DNA of 20,000 bases from Actinomycetota bacterium (GTDB taxonomy: Bacteria; Actinomycetota; Acidimicrobiia; IMCC26256; VFJJ01), in contig VFJJ01000069.1 of assembly GCA_009886115.1 (NCBI GenBank), positions 54,978-74,977 of the forward strand, given 5' to 3'. The notes beneath the pieces were generated by a model. It was not told where the DNA came from. It made no database searches and saw only the letters and a program-made list of their open reading frames with translations. This document shows positions 1 to 7,653 of this stretch, one piece after another (position 1 is the first letter of the stretch; each line of letters begins with the position of its first letter). The translations under genes and the position numbers were made by a program.

Positions 1-1785
1 GAGAACCTGCTCGACGGCCGGGGGCAGCCCCCCGATTCCCCCGCGCTCATCTTCCGCGGCGAGGACGGGCGCCGCGAGGTCTGGTCGTGGGGGAGGCTGC
101 GCACGACCGCCACCGGGGTCGCCCGTGCCCTCCGAGACGACGGCGTGGCACCAGGCGAGCGGGTCGTGGCGTGGATGCCCAACGTCCCCGAGACCGTGGC
201 CTTCATGCTCGGGGCCACGAGCATCGGCGCCGTGTTCTCGTCGACCTCGCCCGACTTCGGGGTCGACGGGGTCATCGACAGATTCGGACAGATACAACCT
301 GTCGTGCTCTTGGCCGCGGCGCGTTACACCTATGGCGGCAAGGAGCTCGACTGCCTCGAGCGCCTCGGGCAGATCGTCGATCGCCTGCCGAGCCTGCGCC
401 GAGCCGTCCTCCTCGGCCCAGACGACCCGATGCACAGCAGCACGACGTCGACGTCTTCCTGGGAAGCATGGCTCGGCGACGACACCAACGACACCAACGA
501 CACCAACGACACCCACGGCTCCGGGACGCCCGAGGCGTTCGAGCGGTTCCCGTACGACCTCCCGTGGTACGTGCTCTACAGCTCGGGCACGACCGGGCCG
601 CCCAAGTGCATCGTGCACCGGACCGGGGGTGTGCTGCTCAAGCACCTCGTCGAGCAGCAGCTCCACTGCGACGTGCGGCCCGGCGACCGCGTCATGTACT
701 TCACGACCACCGGCTGGATGATGTGGAACTGGTTGGTGTCGGCGCTGGCCTCGGGCGCCACGGCGATCCTCTACGACGGCTCACCCCTGTACCCCGGGCC
801 CGAGGCGTTGTTCCGTATCGCCGACGAGGAGGCCGTCACGCTGTTCGGCGTGAGCGCCAAGTTCATCGACTCGGTCAAGAAGGCCGGTTACCACCCTCGC
901 GACAACACAGGCCTCTCGAAGCTCCGCACCATCTGCAGCACGGGATCGCCCCTGTCACCCGAGTCGTTCGCGTTCGTGTACGAGGCGATCGCCGACGATG
1001 TTCACCTGGCCTCGATCTCCGGCGGCACCGATCTGTGCGGTTGCCTCGTAGCGGGCGATCCGATGTCGCCCGTGTTCGCCGGCGAGATCCAACGCGCCGC
1101 GCTGGGCATGGCGATCGAGGTGTGGGACGACGACGGCCACCCCGTGGTGGACGAGCGGGGTGAGCTGGTGTGCACGGCCCCGTTCCCCTCGATGCCACTC
1201 GGGTTCTGGGGCGACGACGACGGCCGGCGCTACCGCAGCGCCTACTTCGAGCGCTTCGCCGTGCGAGACGATGCCCACGACGGCCAACCGGGCGAGGTGT
1301 GGGCCCAGGGCGACTTCGCGACCCACACGTCGAACGGGGGCTTCGTCATCCACGGGCGCTCCGACACGACCCTCAACCCGGGCGGCGTGCGGATCGGCAC
1401 CGCAGAGATCTACCGCCAGGTCGAGCAGATCGCCGATGTGGTCGAGTCGCTCGTGTTCGGGCAGGAGGTGCCCGACGCAGCCGGCGCGCTCGACACCGAG
1501 ATCGTCCTGCTCGTTCGCCTCGCGTCCGGGCTGACCCTCACCGACGACCTCGAGGTCGACATCCGGCGACGCATCCGGACGGGCTGCACGCCCCGGCACG
1601 TCCCGGGCCTGATCGTCGCCGTCGACGACCTGCCCCGCACGCGGAGTGGCAAGTTGGCCGAGCTGGCCGTCACCGACGCCGTCAACGGCCGGGCCGTTCG
1701 CAACACCGAGGCCCTGGCCAATCCCGAGACGCTGCACGACATCGCCCGGCGAGTGACCGAGCGGAGAGAGACGAGGACGCCATGA
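1..1785 (+). CDS. Acetoacetate--CoA ligase (acetoacetyl-CoA synthetase), 5'-truncated by window edge
   Basis: Frame 1 is open from base 1 (ENLLDGRGQPPDSPALIFRGEDG...). AMP-binding loop YSSGTTGPPKCIVH, AACS-type motifs YFTTTGWMMWNWL and LASISGGTD, GRSDTTLNPGGVRIGTAEIY, PRTRSGKLAE, NTEALANPE. Stop TGA at 1783-1785. Confidence 0.93.
   Translation, partial: ENLLDGRGQPPDSPALIFRGEDGRREVWSWGRLRTTATGVARALRDDGVAPGERVVAWMPNVPETVAFMLGATSIGAVFSSTSPDFGVDGVIDRFGQIQPVVLLAAARYTYGGKELDCLERLGQIVDRLPSLRRAVLLGPDDPMHSSTTSTSSWEAWLGDDTNDTNDTNDTHGSGTPEAFERFPYDLPWYVLYSSGTTGPPKCIVHRTGGVLLKHLVEQQLHCDVRPGDRVMYFTTTGWMMWNWLVSALASGATAILYDGSPLYPGPEALFRIADEEAVTLFGVSAKFIDSVKKAGYHPRDNTGLSKLRTICSTGSPLSPESFAFVYEAIADDVHLASISGGTDLCGCLVAGDPMSPVFAGEIQRAALGMAIEVWDDDGHPVVDERGELVCTAPFPSMPLGFWGDDDGRRYRSAYFERFAVRDDAHDGQPGEVWAQGDFATHTSNGGFVIHGRSDTTLNPGGVRIGTAEIYRQVEQIADVVESLVFGQEVPDAAGALDTEIVLLVRLASGLTLTDDLEVDIRRRIRTGCTPRHVPGLIVAVDDLPRTRSGKLAELAVTDAVNGRAVRNTEALANPETLHDIARRVTERRETRTP
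481..516 (+). repeat. 9-bp tandem repeat GACACCAAC x3 plus a degenerate copy GACACCCAC, in frame (DTN-DTN-DTN-DTH)
   Basis: Read directly: gacaccaac gacaccaac gacaccaac gacacccac. Confidence 0.95.
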
Positions 1786-2780
1786 CCGGTTTCGGGCTGC
1801 GATTCGACATGCGGGCGCCGGAGATCGCCCCCACGACGCTGACCGAGCGTTACGCCGCGGCGCTCGACATGTGCGAGTGGGCCGACGGGCTGGGTTGCGC
1901 CAACATCGTCGTCTCCGAGCACCACGGCTCGGCCGACGGGTACCTTCCGTCGCCGATGGTGTTCGCGGCTGCGGTGGCCGCTCGCACCACGAACGCCAAG
2001 ATCGTGCTCAGCGCGCTCATCGCTCCGCTCCACGACCCGCTGCGGGCTGCCGAGGACCTGGCGATCCTCGACGTGATCTCGGGCGGCCGCTTGATCGTCA
2101 CGGTGGGAGCGGGCTACGTGCCGTCGGAGTTCGCCATGTTCGACCGCCGCCTCGACGACCGGGCGGCCCTGGTCGAGGAGGCGGTGACGGTCTTCCAGCA
2201 GGCGTGGACGGGCGAGGAGTTCGAGTTCCGTGGGCGAACGGCTCGCATCACCCCGAAGCCGGTGCAGCAGCCCCGGCCGCCGATCCTGCTCGGGGGCTCG
2301 ACCAAGGGAGCCGCTCGACGAGCCGCCCGCCTGGGCGACTGGTTCAGCCCCGGGGCGCCCGGCCTGTGGGAGACCTACCGGGCCGAGGTGCAACGACTCA
2401 AGGGCTTCGACCCCGGACCCGAGCTGGGAGGCGGACCCATCTATCTCCACATCGCCGACGATCCCGACGCGGCGTGGGAACGGATCGCCCCGTACGCCAT
2501 GCACGAGATGAACTCGTACGGCACGTGGTGGCGCGAGAGCAACGACGCCGGGTACCCGATGGCCTCGCCGTACTCGCCGGTCGCCGACGCCGACGCGTTG
2601 CGGGCCATGGGCGTGTACCCGGTGCTCACGCCGGCTGAGACCGTCGAGCTCGCCGGGACCCTGGGCGAGACCGGCCTGTTGATGTTCCACCCGCTGATGG
2701 GGGGCACCGACCCCGAGCTGGCGTGGGAGAGCCTGCGCCTGTTCGAGACCGACGTGCTGGCCGTGCTCAAGGGTTCGTGA
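1782..2780 (+). CDS. LLM-class flavin-dependent oxidoreductase (luciferase-like monooxygenase)
   Basis: ATG at 1782 overlaps the upstream TGA (ATGA). MTGFGLRFDMRAP..., SEHHGSADGYLPSP, PLHDPLRAAEDLAILDVISGGR, GAGYVPSEF, PKPVQQPRPPILLGG, ARRAARLGD. Confidence 0.9.
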   Translation: MTGFGLRFDMRAPEIAPTTLTERYAAALDMCEWADGLGCANIVVSEHHGSADGYLPSPMVFAAAVAARTTNAKIVLSALIAPLHDPLRAAEDLAILDVISGGRLIVTVGAGYVPSEFAMFDRRLDDRAALVEEAVTVFQQAWTGEEFEFRGRTARITPKPVQQPRPPILLGGSTKGAARRAARLGDWFSPGAPGLWETYRAEVQRLKGFDPGPELGGGPIYLHIADDPDAAWERIAPYAMHEMNSYGTWWRESNDAGYPMASPYSPVADADALRAMGVYPVLTPAETVELAGTLGETGLLMFHPLMGGTDPELAWESLRLFETDVLAVLKGS

Positions 2781-3249
2781 CCGCACCTGGAGCGACCACC
2801 GGCACGAAGTACGGGAGCGTGATCTCGTCGTCGATCGCGCGGAACTCGACCCTGACCCGCATCCCGATGGCGACATCGTCGGGCCGACAGCCGATCACGT
2901 TGCTCATCATCTGGTAGCCCTCGTCGAGGTCGACGATCGCCACGGCGTAGGGCACGGTGAACGCCGGGGTCTGGGGTCGGTGCACGACGGTCCACGAGTA
3001 GACCGACCCCACGCCAGCGCTGCGCTCCCACGCCAGATCGGACGACAGGCACTGCCGGCAGGCCGGCGCCGGGTTGAACACGGTGGCCGAGCAGGCGCGG
3101 CAGCGTTGGAAGAGGAGCTCGCCGCGCCGGCACCCGTCCCAGTAGGGCTTCGACACCACGGTCGGGCGGGGTAGCGGGATCCCGGCCCCCTGGGCGTCGA
3201 GCTCTCCCTCGGCCAGGCTCCACTCGCGGCTCGGACCCCCCGCGGTCAC
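2767..3249 (-). CDS. DUF35-type Zn-ribbon/OB-fold protein (thiolase partner)
   Basis: C-terminal part of ORF 2767..3645. GTG at 3249 overlaps the thiolase TGA (GTGA). KPYWDGCRRGELLFQRCRAC..FNPAPACRQC (two CxxC), then GSVYSWTVVHR, PYAVAIVDLDEG and IGMRVRVEF. Confidence 0.88.
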   Translation of the reverse strand: MTAGGPSREWSLAEGELDAQGAGIPLPRPTVVSKPYWDGCRRGELLFQRCRACSATVFNPAPACRQCLSSDLAWERSAGVGSVYSWTVVHRPQTPAFTVPYAVAIVDLDEGYQMMSNVIGCRPDDVAIGMRVRVEFRAIDDEITLPYFVPVVAPGAVTNP

Positions 3250-4418
3250 GCCGCCTCCTTGCCGAGCAGCATCACGTCGGTGAACAAGGCGCCGGGCCCG
3301 CCGTTGCTGCACATGGCGACCTCGGCCCCGGCGACCTGTCGGCTCAGGCACCCACCCCGGAGCTGCTGCACCGACCGGATGACACGTTGCAACAACTGCA
3401 CCGTCGCGCCGCCGTGCGAGAAGGCCATCAGCCCGCCGTCGGTCGTGATGGGAGAGCGACCCCCGACCTCGATGGTGCCGTCCATCACGAACTCGCCGCC
3501 TTCGCCCTCGCCGCAGAAGCCGAACGCCTCGAACTGGCGGATGATCTCGAACGAGAACGGATCGTAGAACTCGCACACGTCGACGTCGCTGGGAGTCAAG
3601 CCGCACATGGCGAACGCTCGCTGCGCCGCCAGCCGCCCCGCCCACCCGTTGGCGTACTCGGTCCCGAGACGGCCGGTGAGGTCGAAGACGGGAGGATGCT
3701 GGTACGACGGTCCGTAGCTGTCGCCCCCTCCGCCGAGCAGCCAGACCGGAGCCTGCGCCAGATCACGCGCCCGCTCCCCGGTGGTGAGCACCAAGGCGGC
3801 GCCGCCCTCACTCGTCATCGAGCAGTCGAGGAGGTGGAAGGGATCGGCGACCATGCGCGAGTCGAGGATGTCCTGCGGGGTGAACGGGCCCCGCCCGGAG
3901 TAGATGGCGTCGGGGTGGACGTGGCCGTTGTTGCGGATCGTCGCCGCGACCGTGGCCAGGTGCTCGGGTTTCGTGCCGTACATGTGCATGTGGCGCCGGG
4001 CGATCAGGGCGAACTCGGCTGCGGTGAACAAGCCCCACGGCACGACGAACTCGTTCGCGGGACGGGTCCACGGCGCGGTCGACTCGCGCTCGGTGTACAC
4101 CCCGGCCGAGCCCGCCGCGATGACGACCGTGGTGGCGAGGCCGGTGGCGATGGCCGATGCCGCTTCGAGCACCTGAGGGATCCCGTCGCCCCGGCCGCTG
4201 CGCCAGGCTGGGCCGCAGCCGAGCTGATAGATCCACTGCGTGCCCTGACCGCCGATCGACACGCCGTCGAGGTCCTTCGGCCCGAGCCCGGCGTCGGCCA
4301 GCACACCGCGAACGGCGTCGAGGGTGATCGTGTCCGACGTGTGACCGTCGAGCACCCGGGCCTGCGCTGTGTTGTGGACGCCGACGATGGCGACGTCGTG
4401 CAGCGGGTGTCGGGCCAT
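3246..4418 (-). CDS. Thiolase-family / lipid-transfer-protein (SCP2-thiolase/Ltp-like) enzyme
   Basis: VAIVGV, ARRHMHMYGT, RMVADPFHLLDCSMTSEGGAALVL, DVDVCEFYDPF, FEAFGFC..GEG, TDGGLMAFSH, VQQLRG..RQV. Directly upstream of a DUF35 gene. Confidence 0.88.
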   Translation of the reverse strand: MARHPLHDVAIVGVHNTAQARVLDGHTSDTITLDAVRGVLADAGLGPKDLDGVSIGGQGTQWIYQLGCGPAWRSGRGDGIPQVLEAASAIATGLATTVVIAAGSAGVYTERESTAPWTRPANEFVVPWGLFTAAEFALIARRHMHMYGTKPEHLATVAATIRNNGHVHPDAIYSGRGPFTPQDILDSRMVADPFHLLDCSMTSEGGAALVLTTGERARDLAQAPVWLLGGGGDSYGPSYQHPPVFDLTGRLGTEYANGWAGRLAAQRAFAMCGLTPSDVDVCEFYDPFSFEIIRQFEAFGFCGEGEGGEFVMDGTIEVGGRSPITTDGGLMAFSHGGATVQLLQRVIRSVQQLRGGCLSRQVAGAEVAMCSNGGPGALFTDVMLLGKEAA

Positions 4419-4425
4419 GGAACGG

Positions 4426-4431
4426 AGGCTA
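4426..4431 (-). promoter_or_regulatory. Putative -10 box TAGCCT, 7 nt before the thiolase ATG (leaderless-type)
   Basis: Minus strand reads ...cggcgt TAGCCT ccgttcc ATG. No Shine-Dalgarno sequence. Confidence 0.5.
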
Positions 4432-4529
4432 ACGCCGAGGCGCTCTCGGTGCTCGGCCCCCGACGGGCACGATCACCGACTCCGGCAATAGTCTCCGACT
4501 ACTACACCGACCCGTCCCAGGAGACCCAG

Positions 4530-4835
4530 ATGATCGTCGTCGCCGGCACCCTGCCCATCAACCCTGCCAAGCGTTCCGAGGCCGAAGCGGCGTGCCGGTC
4601 GATGTCGGCTGCATGCAAGAGCAACGAGCCCGGCTGCCAGGCCTACGAGTTCTCGTGGGACATCACCGAAACCGACACTCTGCGAATCTTCGAGGTCTAC
4701 ACGAGTGCCGACGACCTGGCGTCGCACATGCAGACCGAGCACTTCAAGGCGTTCGGCGGGCAGCTCGGCGGGCTGCTCGGCGGCGCCCCGGTCTTGGTGA
4801 AGTACGAGGTGTCGGCATCGGGCCCGCTGTTCTGA
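4530..4835 (+). CDS. Antibiotic biosynthesis monooxygenase (ABM) / putative quinol monooxygenase family protein
   Basis: SD-like CAGGAG at 4518-4523, ATG at 4530. MIVVAGTLPINPAKR...NEPGCQAYEFS...IFEVY...LASHMQTEHFKAF. About 101 aa, typical ABM pattern. Confidence 0.88.
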   Translation: MIVVAGTLPINPAKRSEAEAACRSMSAACKSNEPGCQAYEFSWDITETDTLRIFEVYTSADDLASHMQTEHFKAFGGQLGGLLGGAPVLVKYEVSASGPLF

Positions 4836-4876
4836 GACGCTGTTTCGAGACGCTGTTTCGAGACGCTGTCCTGAGA
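4825..4876. repeat. 13-bp tandem repeat x4 (CGCTGTYYYGAGA) spanning the ABM stop codon
   Basis: cgctgttctgaga cgctgtttcgaga cgctgtttcgaga cgctgtcctgaga. Confidence 0.9.
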
Positions 4877-4878
4877 GC

Positions 4879-6321
4879 TCAGACCGGCCGGGGTGAGGGG
4901 CGTCGGCGTTCGGCCGCGCCCCTCACCCCGGCCGCGATCACCAGCACCATGATCAACGCACAGCCGAGGAACACGTCGGAGAAGGCGTCGGCGTCGACCA
5001 CGGTCTTGGCCCCGACGATCGACACCACGGCTGCGACGCCGAGGGAGTTCCCGATCCGCTGCAGCGTCTGGTTCAGGCCGGCGCCAGCGGGGACGAGCTC
5101 GATCGGGAGCTGGCGCATGATGATCGGGAACAGGGCGCCCCAGAGGAACCCCGATCCCACGCCGGCCAACGACACAGCAGCCAACCACAACGGGCGATCG
5201 CGCTCCGCGCCGAGCTCGAACGACATCCACGTGCACGCGCCCGCCCAGGTGACCCCGCCCGACACGATGATCCATCGGTAGCCGAACCGCTCACCGAGAC
5301 GTCCTCCGACCGCCGTCGTGATCGCGGTCGTCACGAACACCGGGGTCGCCAGCAGCCCCGCCTCGGCGATCGAGTGCCCCCACACCTCGGTGAGGAACCG
5401 CACGCACGCGAACTGGAAGCCGAAGAAGCTCACCGCGTAGGTGCACATCGCCAGCGTTCCGAAGCTGAAGCCTTCGAAACGCAGCAGATCCAAGCGCAGC
5501 AAGGGATTCGAGAGGCGGCGCGACCTCACGACCACCCAGACCAGGAGTGCGGAGCCGAACGCGAACGCGGCAATGGTTCGTTGATCGTCCCAGCCCCACG
5601 TGCGGCTCTGCACCAGGCCCAGGACCACCCCGGCCACGCCGGCGAACAGCGCGACGCAGCTCACCAGGTCGGGCCACGGCGTGTGACGGTCCGACGGGGA
5701 CACCGCGGGCCCGGAGTTGGGGACCACCTTGATCGCAGCCACCACCGAGCAGACGCCCAAGGGAACGTTCATCCAGAAGGCCCATCGCCACGATCCGACA
5801 CCGATGAGGAAGCCTCCGAGCGACGGCCCGACGGCACCCGCGGCAGCGCCCACGGCCGACCAGGTGGCGATGGCCGTCCCTCGATGGCTCGGCGGGAACT
5901 GGGCCAGCACGATCGTGTTCGCCGTGGGTAGCAAGGCTGCGGTCGCCAGTGCCTGCACGCAGCGGAAGCCGATCAGCACGCCGACCGTCGGCGAGAGTGC
6001 CGCACCCACCGAAGCCAGCGTGAACACGGCCGTGGCCCCGACGAGGATCCGCTTGCGCCCGAACCGTTCTCCCGCCACACCGCCGAGCACGAGCGTGGAG
6101 GCCGAGACGATCGTGAAGATGTTCACGACCCACGACAGCTCGGCGGTCGACGAATCGGGGAACGAGCTCGCCAGCGCGGGGAAGATCACGAAGATGATCG
6201 ACAGCGACATGGCCGTCTGGAAGCTGCTCAGGCTCACGACGGCCAGGGTCAGCCACGCCCGGCGCAGATCGGGCGGGGTGACCTGATCGAACTGCCCGAC
6301 CGCCGACGTGGCCTCCACCAT
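4879..6321 (-). CDS. MFS transporter, DHA2 (EmrB/QacA-like) family
   Basis: Many hydrophobic segments. Motif A-like GERFGRKRIL, FRCVQALA, GPSLGGFLI..SWRWAFWMNVPLG, PLLRLDLL. Start at ATG 6321 or GTG 6318. Confidence 0.88.
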   Translation of the reverse strand: MVEATSAVGQFDQVTPPDLRRAWLTLAVVSLSSFQTAMSLSIIFVIFPALASSFPDSSTAELSWVVNIFTIVSASTLVLGGVAGERFGRKRILVGATAVFTLASVGAALSPTVGVLIGFRCVQALATAALLPTANTIVLAQFPPSHRGTAIATWSAVGAAAGAVGPSLGGFLIGVGSWRWAFWMNVPLGVCSVVAAIKVVPNSGPAVSPSDRHTPWPDLVSCVALFAGVAGVVLGLVQSRTWGWDDQRTIAAFAFGSALLVWVVVRSRRLSNPLLRLDLLRFEGFSFGTLAMCTYAVSFFGFQFACVRFLTEVWGHSIAEAGLLATPVFVTTAITTAVGGRLGERFGYRWIIVSGGVTWAGACTWMSFELGAERDRPLWLAAVSLAGVGSGFLWGALFPIIMRQLPIELVPAGAGLNQTLQRIGNSLGVAAVVSIVGAKTVVDADAFSDVFLGCALIMVLVIAAGVRGAAERRRPSPRPV

Positions 6322-6424
6322 GCGGACCCTATCCCCGTGCACCACCCTGTTCCCGGTGGTGGGCTGGTTCGGGCCCGTGCACCGAGTCGGGCGGAAAAGG
6401 CCTTACCGGCCGAGATGATGTCGT

Positions 6425-6430
6425 CACAAT
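6425..6430 (+). promoter_or_regulatory. Putative -10 box CACAAT, 6 nt before the rtcB ATG (leaderless-type)
   Basis: tcgt CACAAT gggccc ATG. No SD upstream of 6437. Confidence 0.4.
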
Positions 6431-6436
6431 GGGCCC

Positions 6437-7594
6437 ATGGAATGGATCACCCCCCACCTGGCCTCCTGGGCTTCCGAGGTCGATGACGTCACGATGGCCC
6501 AGGCGTTACGGCTCTCGCGGCTGCCCGTCATCGCGGGTCACGTTGCGCTCATGCCCGACGCCCATCTCGGTATCGGCGCCACGGTCGGCAGCGTCATCGC
6601 GACCGAAGGTGCCGTGATCCCATCGGCGGTCGGTGTCGACCTGGGCTGCGGGATGGCCGCAGTCCACACCACGTTGCGGGCCGAGGACCTGCCCGACGAC
6701 CTCGCGCGTTTCATGCCTGTCGTCGAGAAGGCCGTCCCGGCAGGCATCGGCCAGCACTTCCGCGGCGCCGACACGCCCGGCCGAGCCTGGCTGGCCGCCA
6801 ACCCCGCGCCGACGCTGCTCGAGCACCGGCTCGAGACCAAGACCGTGCAGCAGTTCGGGTCGCTCGGCTCGGGCAACCACTTCTTCGAGATCTGCCTCTC
6901 GAGCGAAGACGAGGTGTGGCTGGTGCTGCACTCGGGCAGCCGCGGAATCGGCAACATCCTCGCCACCGGGCACATCGGCCGGGCCCGCGGCGCTATGAAG
7001 GAGGCGCTGGTGACGCTCGAGGACCCCGAGCTGGCCTGGTTCGTGGAGGGCACGCCCGAGTTCGAGGCCTACGTGGCCGACATGCTGTGGGCCCAGCGCT
7101 ACGCCCGGGCCAACCGGGACTGCATGCTCGACCGGGTAACTGCCGAGTTCCTGCGTTTCGTCGGTCACGGTACGGAGCGCACGAGGGTCAACTGCCATCA
7201 CAACTTCTGCCAGCGCGAGCACCACCACGGTCACGACCTCTGGGTCACCCGCAAGGGTGCGATCAAGGCCGACCTCGGCGACTGGGGGATCATCCCCGGT
7301 TCGATGGGCGCCCGGTCATACATCGTGCGCGGCAAGGGGCAGCCCGACAGCTTCCGCTCGTGCGCCCACGGCGCCGGCCGGCGGCTGTCACGCAACGCGG
7401 CACGAAAGCGTTACACCGCGTCGGATCTCGCCGAGCGCATGAGCGGCCGAGTGTGGAACGACAGCGCGGCCGAGAAGCTGATCGATGAGATCCCCGACGC
7501 GTACAAGCCCATCGAGCAGGTGATGGCCGACCAGGCCGACCTGGTCACCGTGGTGACCGAGCTGCGGCAGATCCTCAACCACAAGGGGAGCTGA
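6437..7594 (+). CDS. rtcB: RtcB-family 3'-phosphate/5'-OH RNA ligase
   Basis: MPDAHLG, VGVDLGCGM, GSLGSGNHFFE, LHSGSRGIG, NCHHNF, TRKGA, IPGSMG, SCAHGAGR, DEIPDAYK and C-terminal KG. The characteristic RtcB motifs are all present. Confidence 0.96.
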   Translation: MEWITPHLASWASEVDDVTMAQALRLSRLPVIAGHVALMPDAHLGIGATVGSVIATEGAVIPSAVGVDLGCGMAAVHTTLRAEDLPDDLARFMPVVEKAVPAGIGQHFRGADTPGRAWLAANPAPTLLEHRLETKTVQQFGSLGSGNHFFEICLSSEDEVWLVLHSGSRGIGNILATGHIGRARGAMKEALVTLEDPELAWFVEGTPEFEAYVADMLWAQRYARANRDCMLDRVTAEFLRFVGHGTERTRVNCHHNFCQREHHHGHDLWVTRKGAIKADLGDWGIIPGSMGARSYIVRGKGQPDSFRSCAHGAGRRLSRNAARKRYTASDLAERMSGRVWNDSAAEKLIDEIPDAYKPIEQVMADQADLVTVVTELRQILNHKGS

Positions 7595-7598
7595 ACCA

Positions 7599-7653
7599 CT
7601 CCCGGTGTCACCGGGCTCACCGGGCTCACCGGGCTCACCATGTTCACCGGGAG
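7599..7653. repeat. 9-bp tandem repeat TCACCGGGC (3 exact, 2 degenerate) with flanking inverted repeat CTCCCGGTG/CACCGGGAG, between convergent genes; possible terminator
   Basis: 7608 tcaccgggc tcaccgggc tcaccgggc tcaccatgt tcaccggga. 7599-7607 is the reverse complement of 7645-7653. Confidence 0.85.

Noticed and set aside
87..2876. Long alternative-frame and antisense ORFs (87..1163, 1410..2876, the N-terminal part of 1170..2780, and similar ones across the window)
   Set aside because: Shadow ORFs from stop-codon scarcity. They are Arg-rich, have no family motifs, and overlap well-supported genes.
4825..4876. Tandem repeats here and at 7608-7652 as a mini CRISPR array
   Set aside because: Units are 9-13 bp and contiguous, with no spacers and no cas genes.
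6379..6390. GCACCGAGTCGG resembles the 3' hairpin of the SpCas9 tracrRNA
   Set aside because: Only a 12-nt match. The closing arm (TGC) and the rest of the scaffold are absent, so chance is likely in GC-rich DNA.
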